DNA of 64,000 nucleotides from an uncultured bacterium (GCA_903831595.1 CAIKXY010000007.1:3944-67943); one strand, 5' to 3'; numbered from the stretch's first letter, positions 37,248 through 47,819 are shown. The notes: generated by a model from the sequence alone, not told the origin. Program-made: numbers and translations.

Positions 37248-38300
37248 TTATATTTCTTTCAACTTAGCTCTTATTTGTTTCAATATTTCACTAGCAACTT
37301 TTCCATTCTCTTTCAAGAATGTTCTTGCTGAATCATAACCGCGTCCAATTTTTTCACCATTGTATTCATACGAAGAACCAGATTTTTTTATTATTTCCAT
37401 TTTTTCTCCAAGCGCTAGTATTTCTCCTTCTTTTGAAATACCTTCGTTATACATAAGATCAAATTCTGTTTGTTTGAATGGGGCAGCAACTTTATTTTTT
37501 ACAACTTTTACACGGACTCTTCCTCCCATTATTTCTTCGCCCTTCTTTATTTGTGCAATTCTTCTTATATCAAGTCTGACAGAAGTATAAAATTTCAAAG
37601 CTTTTCCTCCCGGAGTAGTTTCTGGGTTGCCAAACATAACGCCAATTTGCATTCTAATTTGATTTATGAAAATTACGATTGTTTTTGACTTTGCGACAAT
37701 CGCAGTGAGTTTTCGGAGAGCCTGTGACATCAACCTTGCTTGTTTACCGACGTGATATGCCCCCATGTCGCCTTCAATCTCATCTTTAGGGGTAAGTGCA
37801 GCCACAGAGTCAATAACAATGATATCTATCTTTCCTGAGCGGACCAAGCTATCAACAATATCAAGTGCTTGTTCTCCATTGTCTGGCTGAGAAATTAATA
37901 GTTGGTCAATTTTTACTCCAATCTTTTTTGCATATTCTGGGTCCATGGCATGTTCTGCGTCTATATAAGCACAGACACCGTCCATTTTTTGTGCTTCGGC
38001 AACAGCGTGAAGGGCAAGGGTAGTTTTTCCTGAAGATTCTGGTCCAAATATTTCAATAATTCTACCTCTTGGGAATCCTCCAACGCCAAGAGCAGCATCA
38101 AGGCCAATTGAGCCAGACGGAATTACATTTATGTTTAATCTTGGTTTATCTCCAAGCATCATAATAGAATCATCACCAAATTTGGTTTTTATTGCATCAA
38201 TAGCGTCTTCTATCTTGTGTGAATTTGCTTCCTTTTTTTCTACTTGTGTCTCAACTGATTCGTTTGAATCTTGTTTTTTTTCTTTTACTTTTTTTACCAT
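37248..38300 (-). CDS. recA: Recombinase A
   Basis: [64 protein letters not shown]. Confidence 0.99.
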   Translation of the reverse strand: MVKKVKEKKQDSNESVETQVEKKEANSHKIEDAIDAIKTKFGDDSIMMLGDKPRLNINVIPSGSIGLDAALGVGGFPRGRIIEIFGPESSGKTTLALHAVAEAQKMDGVCAYIDAEHAMDPEYAKKIGVKIDQLLISQPDNGEQALDIVDSLVRSGKIDIIVIDSVAALTPKDEIEGDMGAYHVGKQARLMSQALRKLTAIVAKSKTIVIFINQIRMQIGVMFGNPETTPGGKALKFYTSVRLDIRRIAQIKKGEEIMGGRVRVKVVKNKVAAPFKQTEFDLMYNEGISKEGEILALGEKMEIIKKSGSSYEYNGEKIGRGYDSARTFLKENGKVASEILKQIRAKLKEI

Positions 38301-38359
38301 GGTTATCTTGTTAAAATTTATAAATTTCTTCCAAATAATTATATCATATCTTTTATATT

Positions 38360-38713
38360 CTACTTATAAATCACCTCAATAATTTTTTCTGTATTTCTAC
38401 CAAATTTATCACTAGCTTTTATGACAATTGCATTATATCCATATGATAATAAAACCTGCTCTTTAAAATTTCCTTGCTCATCAATAAATATTTTTCTGTC
38501 ATCCAAGCTTATGTCTTTGATATTTTTCGCAATTCCAGATACTTCTGTTAAAGAATCAGATACCAAGGCTCCATTTTTGGGGGAGAGTACAGTAATTCTT
38601 GGTCCAAATAAGACTCTTTGTATTTCAAACCCAGTGTAGATCAAAACAAATAATGTGATTACTGAAATAATAATTATTTTAAGCAATTTTCTTGTTGCAT
38701 GTCTGTCTGTCAT
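38360..38713 (-). CDS. Small single-TM protein with Ig-like extracellular domain
   Basis: TM, then [10 protein letters not shown]...F...V.LSYGYN.I.IKA.D.FG beta-sandwich pattern. Confidence 0.7.
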   Translation of the reverse strand: MTDRHATRKLLKIIIISVITLFVLIYTGFEIQRVLFGPRITVLSPKNGALVSDSLTEVSGIAKNIKDISLDDRKIFIDEQGNFKEQVLLSYGYNAIVIKASDKFGRNTEKIIEVIYK

Positions 38714-38715
38714 GG

Positions 38716-40995
38716 CTATAAGTAGTCTCCCTCATTATGCTCAACCCCTTCAAGTGGTTTTTCTTCAACATCTTCAACTTTACTTGCCCCAATAACTTCT
38801 CTTGCTTTTGCTCCATCACCTGGACCAATAACTCCTTTTTGTTCAAGTAAATCTATAAGTCTAGCGGCTCTTGAATATCCAACTCGAAGCTTTCTTTGTA
38901 TATATGAAGTTGAAGCCTTTCCAGCCCTCAAAACTTCCTCCTTGGCTTGTTCGTATAGTTCATCGTCCGCATCATCATCTAAGCTGTTGAATACACCAAC
39001 TCCGTCACTTTCTCCACCTTTTGCGACTTCTGCAAGGTCAATTTCTCCACCTATAAGCTCATTTTTATATTCATCAACTAAATATTTCACCACATCTTTT
39101 ACTTCTTTTTCAGAAACAAAAGCAGATTGAATTCTGATAGGTTTTGACATTTCTCCTCCCATAAATAGCATGTCTCCAGCACCGAGAAGTTTTTCTGCAC
39201 CCGGAGTATCTAAAATTGTTCGTGAATCGATTTGTGATACAACTTGGAGTGCAATTCTTGAAGGAATGTTTGCTTTAATAATACCAGTAATAACATTTAC
39301 GCTAGGTCTTTGTGTCGAAATTATAAGGTGAATACCAACAGCTCTGCTCATCTGTGCCAAGCGGACGATACCAGCCTCAAGCTCACGTGGATAAGCCATC
39401 ATAATATCTGCAAGTTCATCAATGACAATAACAATGTATGGCATTGGTTCTGGAGCGGTATGTTTTTCTGGGTTGTAAGTACCTTTTTTCTTTAATTCAT
39501 CAATTTTCTTTATTTCAGGAGCCAAAATATTTTTATGATATGAATCAATATCTTTTACAGCCATTGATTCTAAAATATCATATCTGCGATCCATTTCTTT
39601 TGTTGCCCATTTCAAAGCAAGAATTGTTTTCTTTGCATCGGTAATTACAGGTGTGAGAAGGTGGGGAATTTTGTTATACAAAGTAAGCTCAACTCTTTTT
39701 GGGTCAATCATAATGAATCTCATACTTTCTGGTGAATTTCTGTAAAGCAAAGATGTAATAATTGCATGAATGGTAACGGATTTTCCAGAACCAGTAGCAC
39801 CAGCGACAAGAACGTGGGGCATTTTTGCAATGTTAACGAAATGTGATTTTCCAGAAATACCTTTTCCAAGTGTTACGAGCAAAGGTTTGTCTGATTTTTG
39901 AAATTCTTCAGAGCCAATAAGCATTGAAAGACCGACTGTGGATTTTATTGAATTCGGTATCTCAATACCCACGAGAGACTTCCCGGGTATTGGCGCTTCA
40001 ATTCTAAGTGGGTGGGCAGCAAGGGCAAGTGACAAGTCATTTTGCAGTCCTAAAATTCTTGAAATTTTTACACCCTCTGCAGGTTTTAATGCATATCTTG
40101 TGACAGAAGGGCCGATTGAAACTTCATCCATTTCCACATCGATGCCAAAATTTTGCAAAGTTCTTTTTATTATATTTGCGTTCGCTTTTATGTCACCAGA
40201 AACAACTCTACCTTTATCATCTTCAAGTAAAGATAGTGGGGGAGGAACATATTTTGTACTACCAACGGCGCGTGGGTTGTATTTAATCCCTGATTCTTCA
40301 TCCTCGTTAGTTTTTACAAAGAAACCTTTTGACTGTTTTTTGTCTCTTTTGTCCTCTTTTTCTTTTTCAGCTTCATCTGCTTTTTCTTCATCTTCCTCTG
40401 CTTTGTCAGCAATCATTTTAATGTCTTCGTCGGCGTTTTCATCTTCCTCTTTTTCTTTCTTTTTCCAAAACATTAATGAATCAATTGTAAGCTTTGTTTC
40501 AAATAAAATTAAGAAGGAAATAATTAATAGTGCAATTAATATTATTGCACTCGCGTAAAATCCAAACATTTTTAAAAGGGGAGTGGAAATAACCCATCCA
40601 ACATAACCACCTTGGGCGATCCAATATTGTGTTGAGATTAAATTAATAAGCCCAAGCCCTGAAATAAAAAAGAAAAGGCCGCCAAAAATTTTTAATTTGT
40701 TTAAATTTTTTTCTTCCGCCTTAAAAAATGAAATACCGAGCATAAGAAAAAATACTGGCAAAAGAAAATACCCAATACCCAGAAACAAGAAGAGTATTTT
40801 AAAAATCTCTTTACCGACTGGGCCGGCAAAACTTCCGCCATCAGAATTATTGATAGATGCGAGAATAAAAATAATTGCAAGTACAATGAAAACCACAGCA
40901 AAAATTCCTTGCCTAGTTTGATGTTTAATTCCGCTTAGAATATTTTCCTTCGATGATTTTTGGAGCGTTTTTTTGTCTTTATTTTTTTTAGCCAT
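38716..40995 (-). CDS. ftsK: DNA translocase FtsK/SpoIIIE
   Basis: N-terminal TMs, PHVLVAGATGSGKS, IDPKRVEL, IDELAD, STQRPSV, gamma domain QRKLRVGYSRAARL. Confidence 0.97.
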   Translation of the reverse strand: MAKKNKDKKTLQKSSKENILSGIKHQTRQGIFAVVFIVLAIIFILASINNSDGGSFAGPVGKEIFKILFLFLGIGYFLLPVFFLMLGISFFKAEEKNLNKLKIFGGLFFFISGLGLINLISTQYWIAQGGYVGWVISTPLLKMFGFYASAIILIALLIISFLILFETKLTIDSLMFWKKKEKEEDENADEDIKMIADKAEEDEEKADEAEKEKEDKRDKKQSKGFFVKTNEDEESGIKYNPRAVGSTKYVPPPLSLLEDDKGRVVSGDIKANANIIKRTLQNFGIDVEMDEVSIGPSVTRYALKPAEGVKISRILGLQNDLSLALAAHPLRIEAPIPGKSLVGIEIPNSIKSTVGLSMLIGSEEFQKSDKPLLVTLGKGISGKSHFVNIAKMPHVLVAGATGSGKSVTIHAIITSLLYRNSPESMRFIMIDPKRVELTLYNKIPHLLTPVITDAKKTILALKWATKEMDRRYDILESMAVKDIDSYHKNILAPEIKKIDELKKKGTYNPEKHTAPEPMPYIVIVIDELADIMMAYPRELEAGIVRLAQMSRAVGIHLIISTQRPSVNVITGIIKANIPSRIALQVVSQIDSRTILDTPGAEKLLGAGDMLFMGGEMSKPIRIQSAFVSEKEVKDVVKYLVDEYKNELIGGEIDLAEVAKGGESDGVGVFNSLDDDADDELYEQAKEEVLRAGKASTSYIQRKLRVGYSRAARLIDLLEQKGVIGPGDGAKAREVIGASKVEDVEEKPLEGVEHNEGDYL

Positions 40996-41368
40996 TTATA
41001 TTTATTTAGTATAAACTTTTAATTTACAATATTATAACTTAATCCAATTATATCAAATTTTTTTTATTATTTCTTGTTATATTTTGTCGATAATTTTTTT
41101 CGGCTATTCTTTATGGTATTAATTTCTTAAATATTTTTTTATACACATATAAAAAAAATAAATCACTAACATATTCAGTAAAATTTAGGTCTATTGCCAC
41201 AGTAATAAAGAATGTTTCGCAATGGTGTATTTGCTCTTTACAATTTTTTACGGACATAATATTATTATCTAACTTAACCATTTGTCCAATAAGTTCTTTT
41301 AAAGACAAAATTAAAAGGACAGTAATATAATAAAGGACGTTTTATTAAAGACAATAATCAACTTAATT

Positions 41369-42193
41369 ATGGAAAACAATAACCAAAATAATTTAGTTAA
41401 TTCTCAAGGTAAAAATAACTCTATTGTTAAAGCCGATATTGGAATATTGTTTGATGGTGACTCTTACGGACTATTTATTTTTCAAAAGACAGAAAAGCTA
41501 GTAAAAGGAATATATCTGCTCACTAGCCATATGTCTGATAAAGAGCCAATGAAAGAAAGAGCTCGACATATTTCTCACAAGATGCTTGGTAGCGTTTTGG
41601 AAATGTCCGATAGAATTTGGGGCGAAGAAACATATCATAAAAATCTACTGTCAGCTATTACTGAAATATCAACCCTTTTTGATATTGCAGAACACACCAA
41701 AATGATATCAAGAAATAACCACCATATAATTAACACAGAATTGACAAAATTAGCTAATTTTTTGATTACTTCGGCGTCGAATTATTCTTCAGCAAAGATC
41801 GCTTTTGAACCGAATCTTTTTGATGGAGATTATAATTTTGTGCAAGATCAGGTCTTTCCAAATTCGCATCAGAACCAAAACCATATCAAAAGTGATTTTG
41901 TAAAGGACAATTATAAAGGACAGACTCAATCGGACAGAACAACCATAAACAGTGATATGTCTTTAACAAAAAATGTTGTCCCAGAAAAAATCATAAAGGA
42001 CAAAAATAATAGGCAAGAAATAATACTCTCAATGTTAAAAAGCGGGGTTAAACTAACCATCAAGGATTTTGCAAAGAATATAAAGGGTTGTAGTGAAAAA
42101 ACAATCCAACGAGAACTTCTATCACTTGTTTCGAAAGGTGTCCTAAAGAAAGAAGGGGAGAGAAGATGGTCAAAATATTTTATCATAAAATAA
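41369..42193 (+). CDS. Protein with N-terminal helical domain and C-terminal winged HTH (DeoR/ArsR-like)
   Basis: RQEIILSML...LTIKDF....KGCSEKTIQRELLSLVSKGVLKKEGERRWSKY. Confidence 0.8.
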   Translation: MENNNQNNLVNSQGKNNSIVKADIGILFDGDSYGLFIFQKTEKLVKGIYLLTSHMSDKEPMKERARHISHKMLGSVLEMSDRIWGEETYHKNLLSAITEISTLFDIAEHTKMISRNNHHIINTELTKLANFLITSASNYSSAKIAFEPNLFDGDYNFVQDQVFPNSHQNQNHIKSDFVKDNYKGQTQSDRTTINSDMSLTKNVVPEKIIKDKNNRQEIILSMLKSGVKLTIKDFAKNIKGCSEKTIQRELLSLVSKGVLKKEGERRWSKYFIIK

Positions 42194-42250
42194 AGGACAA
42201 AAATAGCTCGATTTCCAAGGCCGGAAATCGAGCTATTTTTGTCCTTTTTT
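42192..42250 (+). terminator. Long terminator hairpin whose outer stem is the AAAGGACA repeat
   Basis: AAAGGACAAAAATAGCTCGATTTCC-AAGGCC-GGAAATCGAGCTATTTTTGTCCTTT followed by Ts. Confidence 0.85.
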
Positions 42251-42485
42251 AGTGCTACATTTGTTGGTGTTTGAATCTCTATTATATCGAGCCAATTTTG
42301 GATTTAAAGATGTGGTTTAGCATTATAAAAGCCGATGCAAGATTAACTATAGTTTACATGTATTTTTTGTTGCTTTTCGATTAATAATATGTAAGAATGT
42401 ATATGTGGTCGTAATTAGTTGCAGTTTTTATTTAAAGCCTTTAATTTTTTAAGAGTTAAGCGCAGTAAATAGAAGCTTTTTTTAG

Positions 42486-42533
42486 TTATCCACAGTTATA
42501 TATTTTGCTAGATATTCTAACAAGATATATAAT
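42486..42533 (+). promoter_or_regulatory. DnaA box followed by sigma70 promoter
   Basis: TTATCCACA at 42486-42494; TTGCTA(42505)-17bp-TATAAT(42528). Confidence 0.6.
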
Positions 42534-42538
42534 ATACA

Positions 42539-43121
42539 TTGAGATTTATTAAGTGCCAAAAAGTGCTTTATAATTCTCAAGATTTAGACGGCTGAAAGGC
42601 GGTCTAATCGGCTTAATCTGAAAGGATTAGGTTAATACAGAAATACTGATTCGGGTTTGCTCAAACCCATTTGTCAGTGGTCGAGAACTTTGACAATTGA
42701 ATATTCGGAAATACAGAAAGTTCAGTTTTAGTTTATGTAACTAATCCAACTTTTTTGTGTCGAACTCAAACACTTTAAAAAACTTTCATCTGCTCAAGGT
42801 GATCGTGTGTATGAGAATATGAAAAAGAGGGAATAGTAGAAAGAAAGTCGCGTGTGCAATGTGTTGGCCACGTGTTATCTCGAAATTTTTAGAAGGTCAT
42901 TTTAAGAATTTCAATGAGAGCAGAAACATTCATCAGGTTTAAATAAATTTGTTTTTAGTCGAAACATTTTATTTTGCTTACGATTTAATAAAATGAAAAT
43001 TTTGTTTATCAAAAAGTTCACTGGTGAGAAAATAAAGATGATTCTTTCCAACGTTATTAGTTTTTTATTAGTTAATGTTCGGGAAAGTTTTTTCTTTTAA
43101 TTTAAAAATTACAAATTAGAT
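42539..43121 (+). ncRNA. Candidate long structured 5' leader or ncRNA upstream of the surface-protein gene
   Basis: No tracked ORF; consecutive hairpins including two GAAA-capped stems (42584-42607, 42611-42632); boxA-like GAACTTTGACAATTGAATA at 42685. Confidence 0.45.
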
Positions 43122-46100
43122 ATGAGTAAAAAATTAATTGGTATCTTTGCGTCAGTCGCATTGGTACTTTCATTGGCAGGTGCAAATGTTGCATCAGCTT
43201 TGACAGCAAGTGATATATCTATGCTTTTAGGAGCAGGGATAATCAGTGCTTCTCAAGCCGCAACACTTACAGCTTCATTAGCTCCAGCATCAGTCACAGT
43301 GTCAGCAGGATATAACTTTGCAAAAGATTTAACAATCGGAAGCAAGGGTGCTGATGTTACAGCATTACAAAATTTGCTAGGAGTTTCTCCAGCAACAGGA
43401 TTTTTTGGAGCAAAAACAAAAGCTGCTCTTATAACATTCCAGTTGTCAAAAGGAATTACACCTGCATCAGGATATTTTGGTGCTAAAACAAGAAAAATAG
43501 CAAATGCTTCAGCAGGAACTACAGTTTCAAATGGTACAACAACAGTCGTTCCAACAGGAACAAGTGTCGCAGTATCATTAGCAGCAAGTTCACCTGTTTC
43601 AGGTGCTATTATTGCAGGTCAAGCAGCAGCTGATCTTGCGGAATATACATTCCAAAACACATCAGCAGCTCCAGCAGTTGTCACAAACGTAACATTACAA
43701 AGAGGTGGAGTATCAGCAGATACATCACTTTCAAATGTTTATTTGTTCCAAGGTGCTGTTAGATTGACAGACGCAGCAACAGTTTCAGCAGGAAAAATTA
43801 CATTTAATGCTGGACAAGGATTGTTTACAATCCCTGCAGGTTCTTCAGTTACAATAGCTGTTAAGTCAGATATTCTTCTTTCAGCAGCAGCAGGCCAGAC
43901 AGTTAATGTTTCACTTTTGAGTGTAACATTAGGGTCAACAAGCCAAGTAGTCTCAGCTGTATATCCAGTATCTGGTGCAGTCATGACAGTTGCTTCAGCA
44001 GGAGATATTTCACCACTTAGTCTTGCAAAAGTAGCAGTTAGTCAAAGTGTTACAGCAGGAACATTAAGTCAAACAATTTGGTCAGCAAATTTATCTGGTA
44101 TAACAAGATATGTCTGGTTAAAGAGTTTGGCAGTTAAAGTTATTGGTTCAATTCCTTCAAATTCACTTCAGAATTTGAATCTCTACATTTCAGGTATTCA
44201 AGCAGCTACAGCTTCTGGTGTGGATGCAAACGGTATGATCACTTTCGATCTTACTGCTAAGCCATACAAGATAGACAGCTCAAGAACTCTTGAAGTAAGA
44301 GCAGATATTGTTAATGGTTCATCAAGATCATTCTCATTATCACTTCAGAATGCAGCTGATATTTCTGTTATAGATTCAAACTATAACGTTGGAATTGCAG
44401 CTTCAGGACTTCCAATAACAACAGATAATATTTCTGTTACCGTTGGTAATGTATCTATTTCTCAGGATTCAAACTTGAGTGCTGGAAATATAGTTTACGG
44501 CTCAACAAATATTCCTTTGGCACAATACACATTAAAAGCTTATGGTGAAGATGAAAAGATTTCATATCTTAACATTTCAGCCAACCAAAAATTGTCAAAT
44601 GTTGCTTTGTACGCAAACGGCATTGCAATTTCAAGCTCACAAAATGTATTGCCAACAGCAAGCACTTTGTTTAGCTTAGGTTCTTCTTTGGTAATAGGTG
44701 CAAACCAAACAGTTACACTTACAGTTAAAGGAGATTTGAAAGATTCAACAGGTAGTAGTACTCCAGTTGGTTCTCAGGTTATTATTACTTTGGGTGGTTA
44801 TGCAAATAACACACAAGGTTCATATTCTTCACAAATGTGTACATTCCCTGGAACGGGAGGTACAATTGCTGGTTGTCCAACAGTGGTTTCTACAATTGCT
44901 GGCCCAACAATGACAATCGTCGGTGGAGGTTTGACAGTTTCTACAAATGCTTCATTTAACAACTCATCAATAACAGCCAATTCAACTGGTGTTAAGATAG
45001 GTTCGTTTAATTTGAGCTCAAACTCATCAGAACCAGTAAGAATTACTACTTTGGTGTTGGGTATTGCTTCATCAAGCACTTTACCTTTGTCAGGTTTGTC
45101 AAATTTGAAAATTTCAGATGCTAATACATCTGTAAATCCTCAAAGTTCAAACAACTTTGGAGTAAACTTCACAATCCCAGCAAATGGCACACACGTAGTA
45201 GATGTATTTGCAGATGTCGGAGCTCTAGCAGGTATTGCAAATAGCGCTTCAACAAATGTTACTAGTACAACAACAGGAACAACAGCGACATATGCTACTG
45301 GTACAATTACTGTTTCATCACCAAGTCTTCAAGCTTCAACAACAGTTAACGGGGTTCTTTATGCTGTTAACATTGCAAACGCTACACAATCAACTTCAAC
45401 AACAGCTGCACAATTAGCTACAGCTATTCAGAATGGACAATCAGGTGTTGTTACCGCAACAGCAAATGCAGGTGTTATAACACTTACATCAGTTGCAATT
45501 GGTACTGGTAACGGTATCAATACAGGTAATGCTATAACAATGGTTGCAGGAGGAAATACAGCGGTTAATGGTGCCACATTAGTTGGTGGTACAGCTGGTA
45601 CAGCATCAACTGCTACAGTCCAACCTGGTTCAATAGTTGCAGGAAACACATTTACGTTAAAAGTAAATGGTATTACATACAGCTATGTTGCTAACACAGG
45701 CGATACGAACATATCAGTTTCTGATGGTTTGAAAGCAGCTATTGGAAGTGCACTTTCTGGTATTGCTACAATTAATGCAACCGGAAATACTTCAGTTATA
45801 ATAACTGCAAGTCCAATAACATCTGCTAATAATACTATTGTTCAAGGTGTCACATCGGGAACTATTACAGGTACAACATCTTTAACAAATCAAATTATTA
45901 CAAGTTTGGCAGTCACAGCTACAGGTGTTAATAGCAATATTGATGCCTCACAAGTTACACCTATATATGGACAGGTATTGACAGTTGGAAATGGTTCATT
46001 GTCAACAACAGGTCTTGCATCAGGTATTACACCAACATCAGCACAACTTGTTATCGGTGGTTCAACATCAGCAAACGCAGTTATTGGAACATATACATTT

Positions 46101-46907
46101 AAATCAACTATCGGTACTTCAGTTATTACTGATCTTGGATTTATGGCAAGCTCTACAAACTTGAATGCGATTACATCAATTTCTGTTGGAGGAGTCACAG
46201 TTCCAGTTTCAGCAGGTGCTACAACAACAATTTCTGGTCTAAATATTCAAATCCCAGTTTCAAATGTGGGTACAAATATTCCAGTTTCTGTTGCTTATAA
46301 CACAGTTGGAGTAACAGCCGGAGGTATTACATCTGGAGTTCCAGTTCAGTTGGTATTAACTTCTGTAAAATATCAAGCAGGAAATAATACAACAACGTTC
46401 TATCCAAACAAACCAACATTGGCTATGTCACCAGTAGCTGCTTACCCACTTGTTTCTTTGGTGTCTTCATCAAGAACAGGTTTGTCAAACAGCACTTCAG
46501 TTAAATTGGCCGACATAACAATTACAGTTGTTGGTAAGACAGTTGAAATGTCTACAATTGGAGTCACTGTATCACTTGGAAAAACAGCAAGCACAACAGG
46601 CTCAGCTCTTATTCTAAAGGATAACAACAACACAATCGTAGCAACATCATCAGCCATTGGTACAGATGGTGCAAATAGAACACTTACATTTGTTCCTACA
46701 TATAACTTAGCCCCAGGTACATATAATTATGCACTATACGGCTCTGTTAGTGCCGTAACATCTGGTGTTAATACAGATTCTCTTACAACACAGCTAAGTG
46801 CACCAACAACATTAGGATGGTACGATGTCGAAGGAAATTCAAGTCTCTTAGATGCGACTTTGATCCCTTCATATAACACATCAAATCAAGCCTACTTGTC
46901 TAACTAA
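43122..46907 (+). CDS. Large secreted S-layer-like surface protein with peptidoglycan-binding domain
   Basis: Signal peptide (..ANVASA); PG-binding-like DLTIGSKGADVTALQ..L..GFFGAKTKAAL.TFQ..GYFGAKTR; Ser/Thr/Ala/Gly-rich beta domains; biased codon usage (GCA/ACA/TCA). Confidence 0.85.
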   Translation: MSKKLIGIFASVALVLSLAGANVASALTASDISMLLGAGIISASQAATLTASLAPASVTVSAGYNFAKDLTIGSKGADVTALQNLLGVSPATGFFGAKTKAALITFQLSKGITPASGYFGAKTRKIANASAGTTVSNGTTTVVPTGTSVAVSLAASSPVSGAIIAGQAAADLAEYTFQNTSAAPAVVTNVTLQRGGVSADTSLSNVYLFQGAVRLTDAATVSAGKITFNAGQGLFTIPAGSSVTIAVKSDILLSAAAGQTVNVSLLSVTLGSTSQVVSAVYPVSGAVMTVASAGDISPLSLAKVAVSQSVTAGTLSQTIWSANLSGITRYVWLKSLAVKVIGSIPSNSLQNLNLYISGIQAATASGVDANGMITFDLTAKPYKIDSSRTLEVRADIVNGSSRSFSLSLQNAADISVIDSNYNVGIAASGLPITTDNISVTVGNVSISQDSNLSAGNIVYGSTNIPLAQYTLKAYGEDEKISYLNISANQKLSNVALYANGIAISSSQNVLPTASTLFSLGSSLVIGANQTVTLTVKGDLKDSTGSSTPVGSQVIITLGGYANNTQGSYSSQMCTFPGTGGTIAGCPTVVSTIAGPTMTIVGGGLTVSTNASFNNSSITANSTGVKIGSFNLSSNSSEPVRITTLVLGIASSSTLPLSGLSNLKISDANTSVNPQSSNNFGVNFTIPANGTHVVDVFADVGALAGIANSASTNVTSTTTGTTATYATGTITVSSPSLQASTTVNGVLYAVNIANATQSTSTTAAQLATAIQNGQSGVVTATANAGVITLTSVAIGTGNGINTGNAITMVAGGNTAVNGATLVGGTAGTASTATVQPGSIVAGNTFTLKVNGITYSYVANTGDTNISVSDGLKAAIGSALSGIATINATGNTSVIITASPITSANNTIVQGVTSGTITGTTSLTNQIITSLAVTATGVNSNIDASQVTPIYGQVLTVGNGSLSTTGLASGITPTSAQLVIGGSTSANAVIGTYTFKSTIGTSVITDLGFMASSTNLNAITSISVGGVTVPVSAGATTTISGLNIQIPVSNVGTNIPVSVAYNTVGVTAGGITSGVPVQLVLTSVKYQAGNNTTTFYPNKPTLAMSPVAAYPLVSLVSSSRTGLSNSTSVKLADITITVVGKTVEMSTIGVTVSLGKTASTTGSALILKDNNNTIVATSSAIGTDGANRTLTFVPTYNLAPGTYNYALYGSVSAVTSGVNTDSLTTQLSAPTTLGWYDVEGNSSLLDATLIPSYNTSNQAYLSN

Positions 46908-46956
46908 CCACTTGTGATTCTATCTATAGGATTCGCTATAGAAGAATAGGTTGAGA

Positions 46957-47047
46957 GATAGGCCAGTCGCGCAAGCGACTGGCCTATTTCTTTTGTATGA
47001 TTTACAAATTTATGATTTACAAAAAACCGCCTTCGGGCGGTTTTTTG
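46957..47047 (+). terminator. Tandem intrinsic terminators
   Basis: ATAGGCCAGTCGC-GCAA-GCGACTGGCCTAT and AAAAAACCGCC-TTCG-GGCGGTTTTTT. Confidence 0.85.
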
Positions 47048-47059
47048 CTTGCAACAAAA

Positions 47060-47100
47060 TTAATAAACTCCCCGAGGTGGAGCCTCGGGGAGTTTATTAA
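47060..47100. repeat. REP-like palindrome copy 1
   Basis: TTAATAAACTCCCCGAGG-TGGAG-CCTCGGGGAGTTTATTAA. Confidence 0.85.
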
Positions 47101-47314
47101 CAAAAAATTTAATTAATTCTGGAACTTATGTTAAAATATTTTTAGATATGAAGAAAAAAGTTGATATTTCAATTGGTGAATATTATCACATATATAACAG
47201 AGGAGTAGAGAAGAGGGATATTTTTATCGACACCGCTGATTATCGCAGATTTATACTATTATTACATCTTTTTAATGATGAAAAACCTATAAACGTAAGA
47301 GATTTCAAAGACTC

Positions 47315-47337
47315 TCCCCGAGGCTCCACCTCGGGGA
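47315..47337 (-). repeat. REP-like palindrome copy 2, inside the RAYT ORF and inverted
   Basis: TCCCCGAGG-CTCCA-CCTCGGGGA, encodes SPRGSTSG. Confidence 0.85.
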
Positions 47338-47796
47338 TAAGAAAAACCCTTGTCGATATAGGGGCATATTGTCTTATGCCGAATCATTTCCATATATTGG
47401 TAAAAGAAAAAAACGAAGGAGGAGCAAGAAATTTTTTACATAAATTAATGACTGGTTACACAATGTACTTTAATAAAAGGTATGAAAGGGTAGGGCCATT
47501 ATTTCAAGGGACTTTTAAAGCAGAACACGCAAATTCTGATGAGTATCTAAAATATTTATTTTCATATATACATTTAAATCCATTAAAAATATTTGATAAA
47601 AATTGGAAAGAAAATAGTTTGGAAGAAACAGAATCACTTAAAAAATATTTAGAAAAATATGAATACTCTAGTTATCTCGATTACCACAATCCACAGAAAT
47701 ATAGTTCAGAAATTTTAAATAAAAATTCATTTCCAGATTATTTTATTTCACAACAAGATTTTGATTCAAATATCTTTGACCTGATGAGTTATAATT

Positions 47797-47819
47797 TCCC
47801 CGAGGTGGAGCCTCGGGGA
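47797..47819 (+). repeat. REP-like palindrome copy 3, at the RAYT C-terminus
   Basis: TCCCCGAGG-TGGAG-CCTCGGGGA, encodes FPEVEPRG immediately before the TGA. Confidence 0.85.

Larger units (their letters stand above)
41250..42250. repeat. Dispersed (T)AAAGGACA / AAAGACA / CGGACA repeat cluster
   Basis: TAAAGGACA at 41901, 41914, 41994, 42191; variants at 41251, 41283(rc), 41300, 41313, 41331, 41346, 41604(rc), 41931, 41958(rc), 41977(rc), 42240(rc). Confidence 0.8.

Noticed and set aside
41111-41308. 65-aa minus-strand ORF upstream of ftsK
   Set aside because: TTG start within the repeat cluster, no recognisable motif; likely spurious
42250-43121. oriC in the long intergenic region
   Set aside because: Only one perfect DnaA box seen (42486; another isolated one at 47826), no dnaA/dnaN nearby and no lasting switch in gene-strand bias; a structured leader explains the region better
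42539-43121. tmRNA, RNase P RNA, rRNA or tRNA
   Set aside because: No recognisable signatures (GAGGAAAGTCC, tRNA-like ends with T-loop and CCA, rRNA conserved blocks); no tRNA or rRNA genes recognised anywhere in the window
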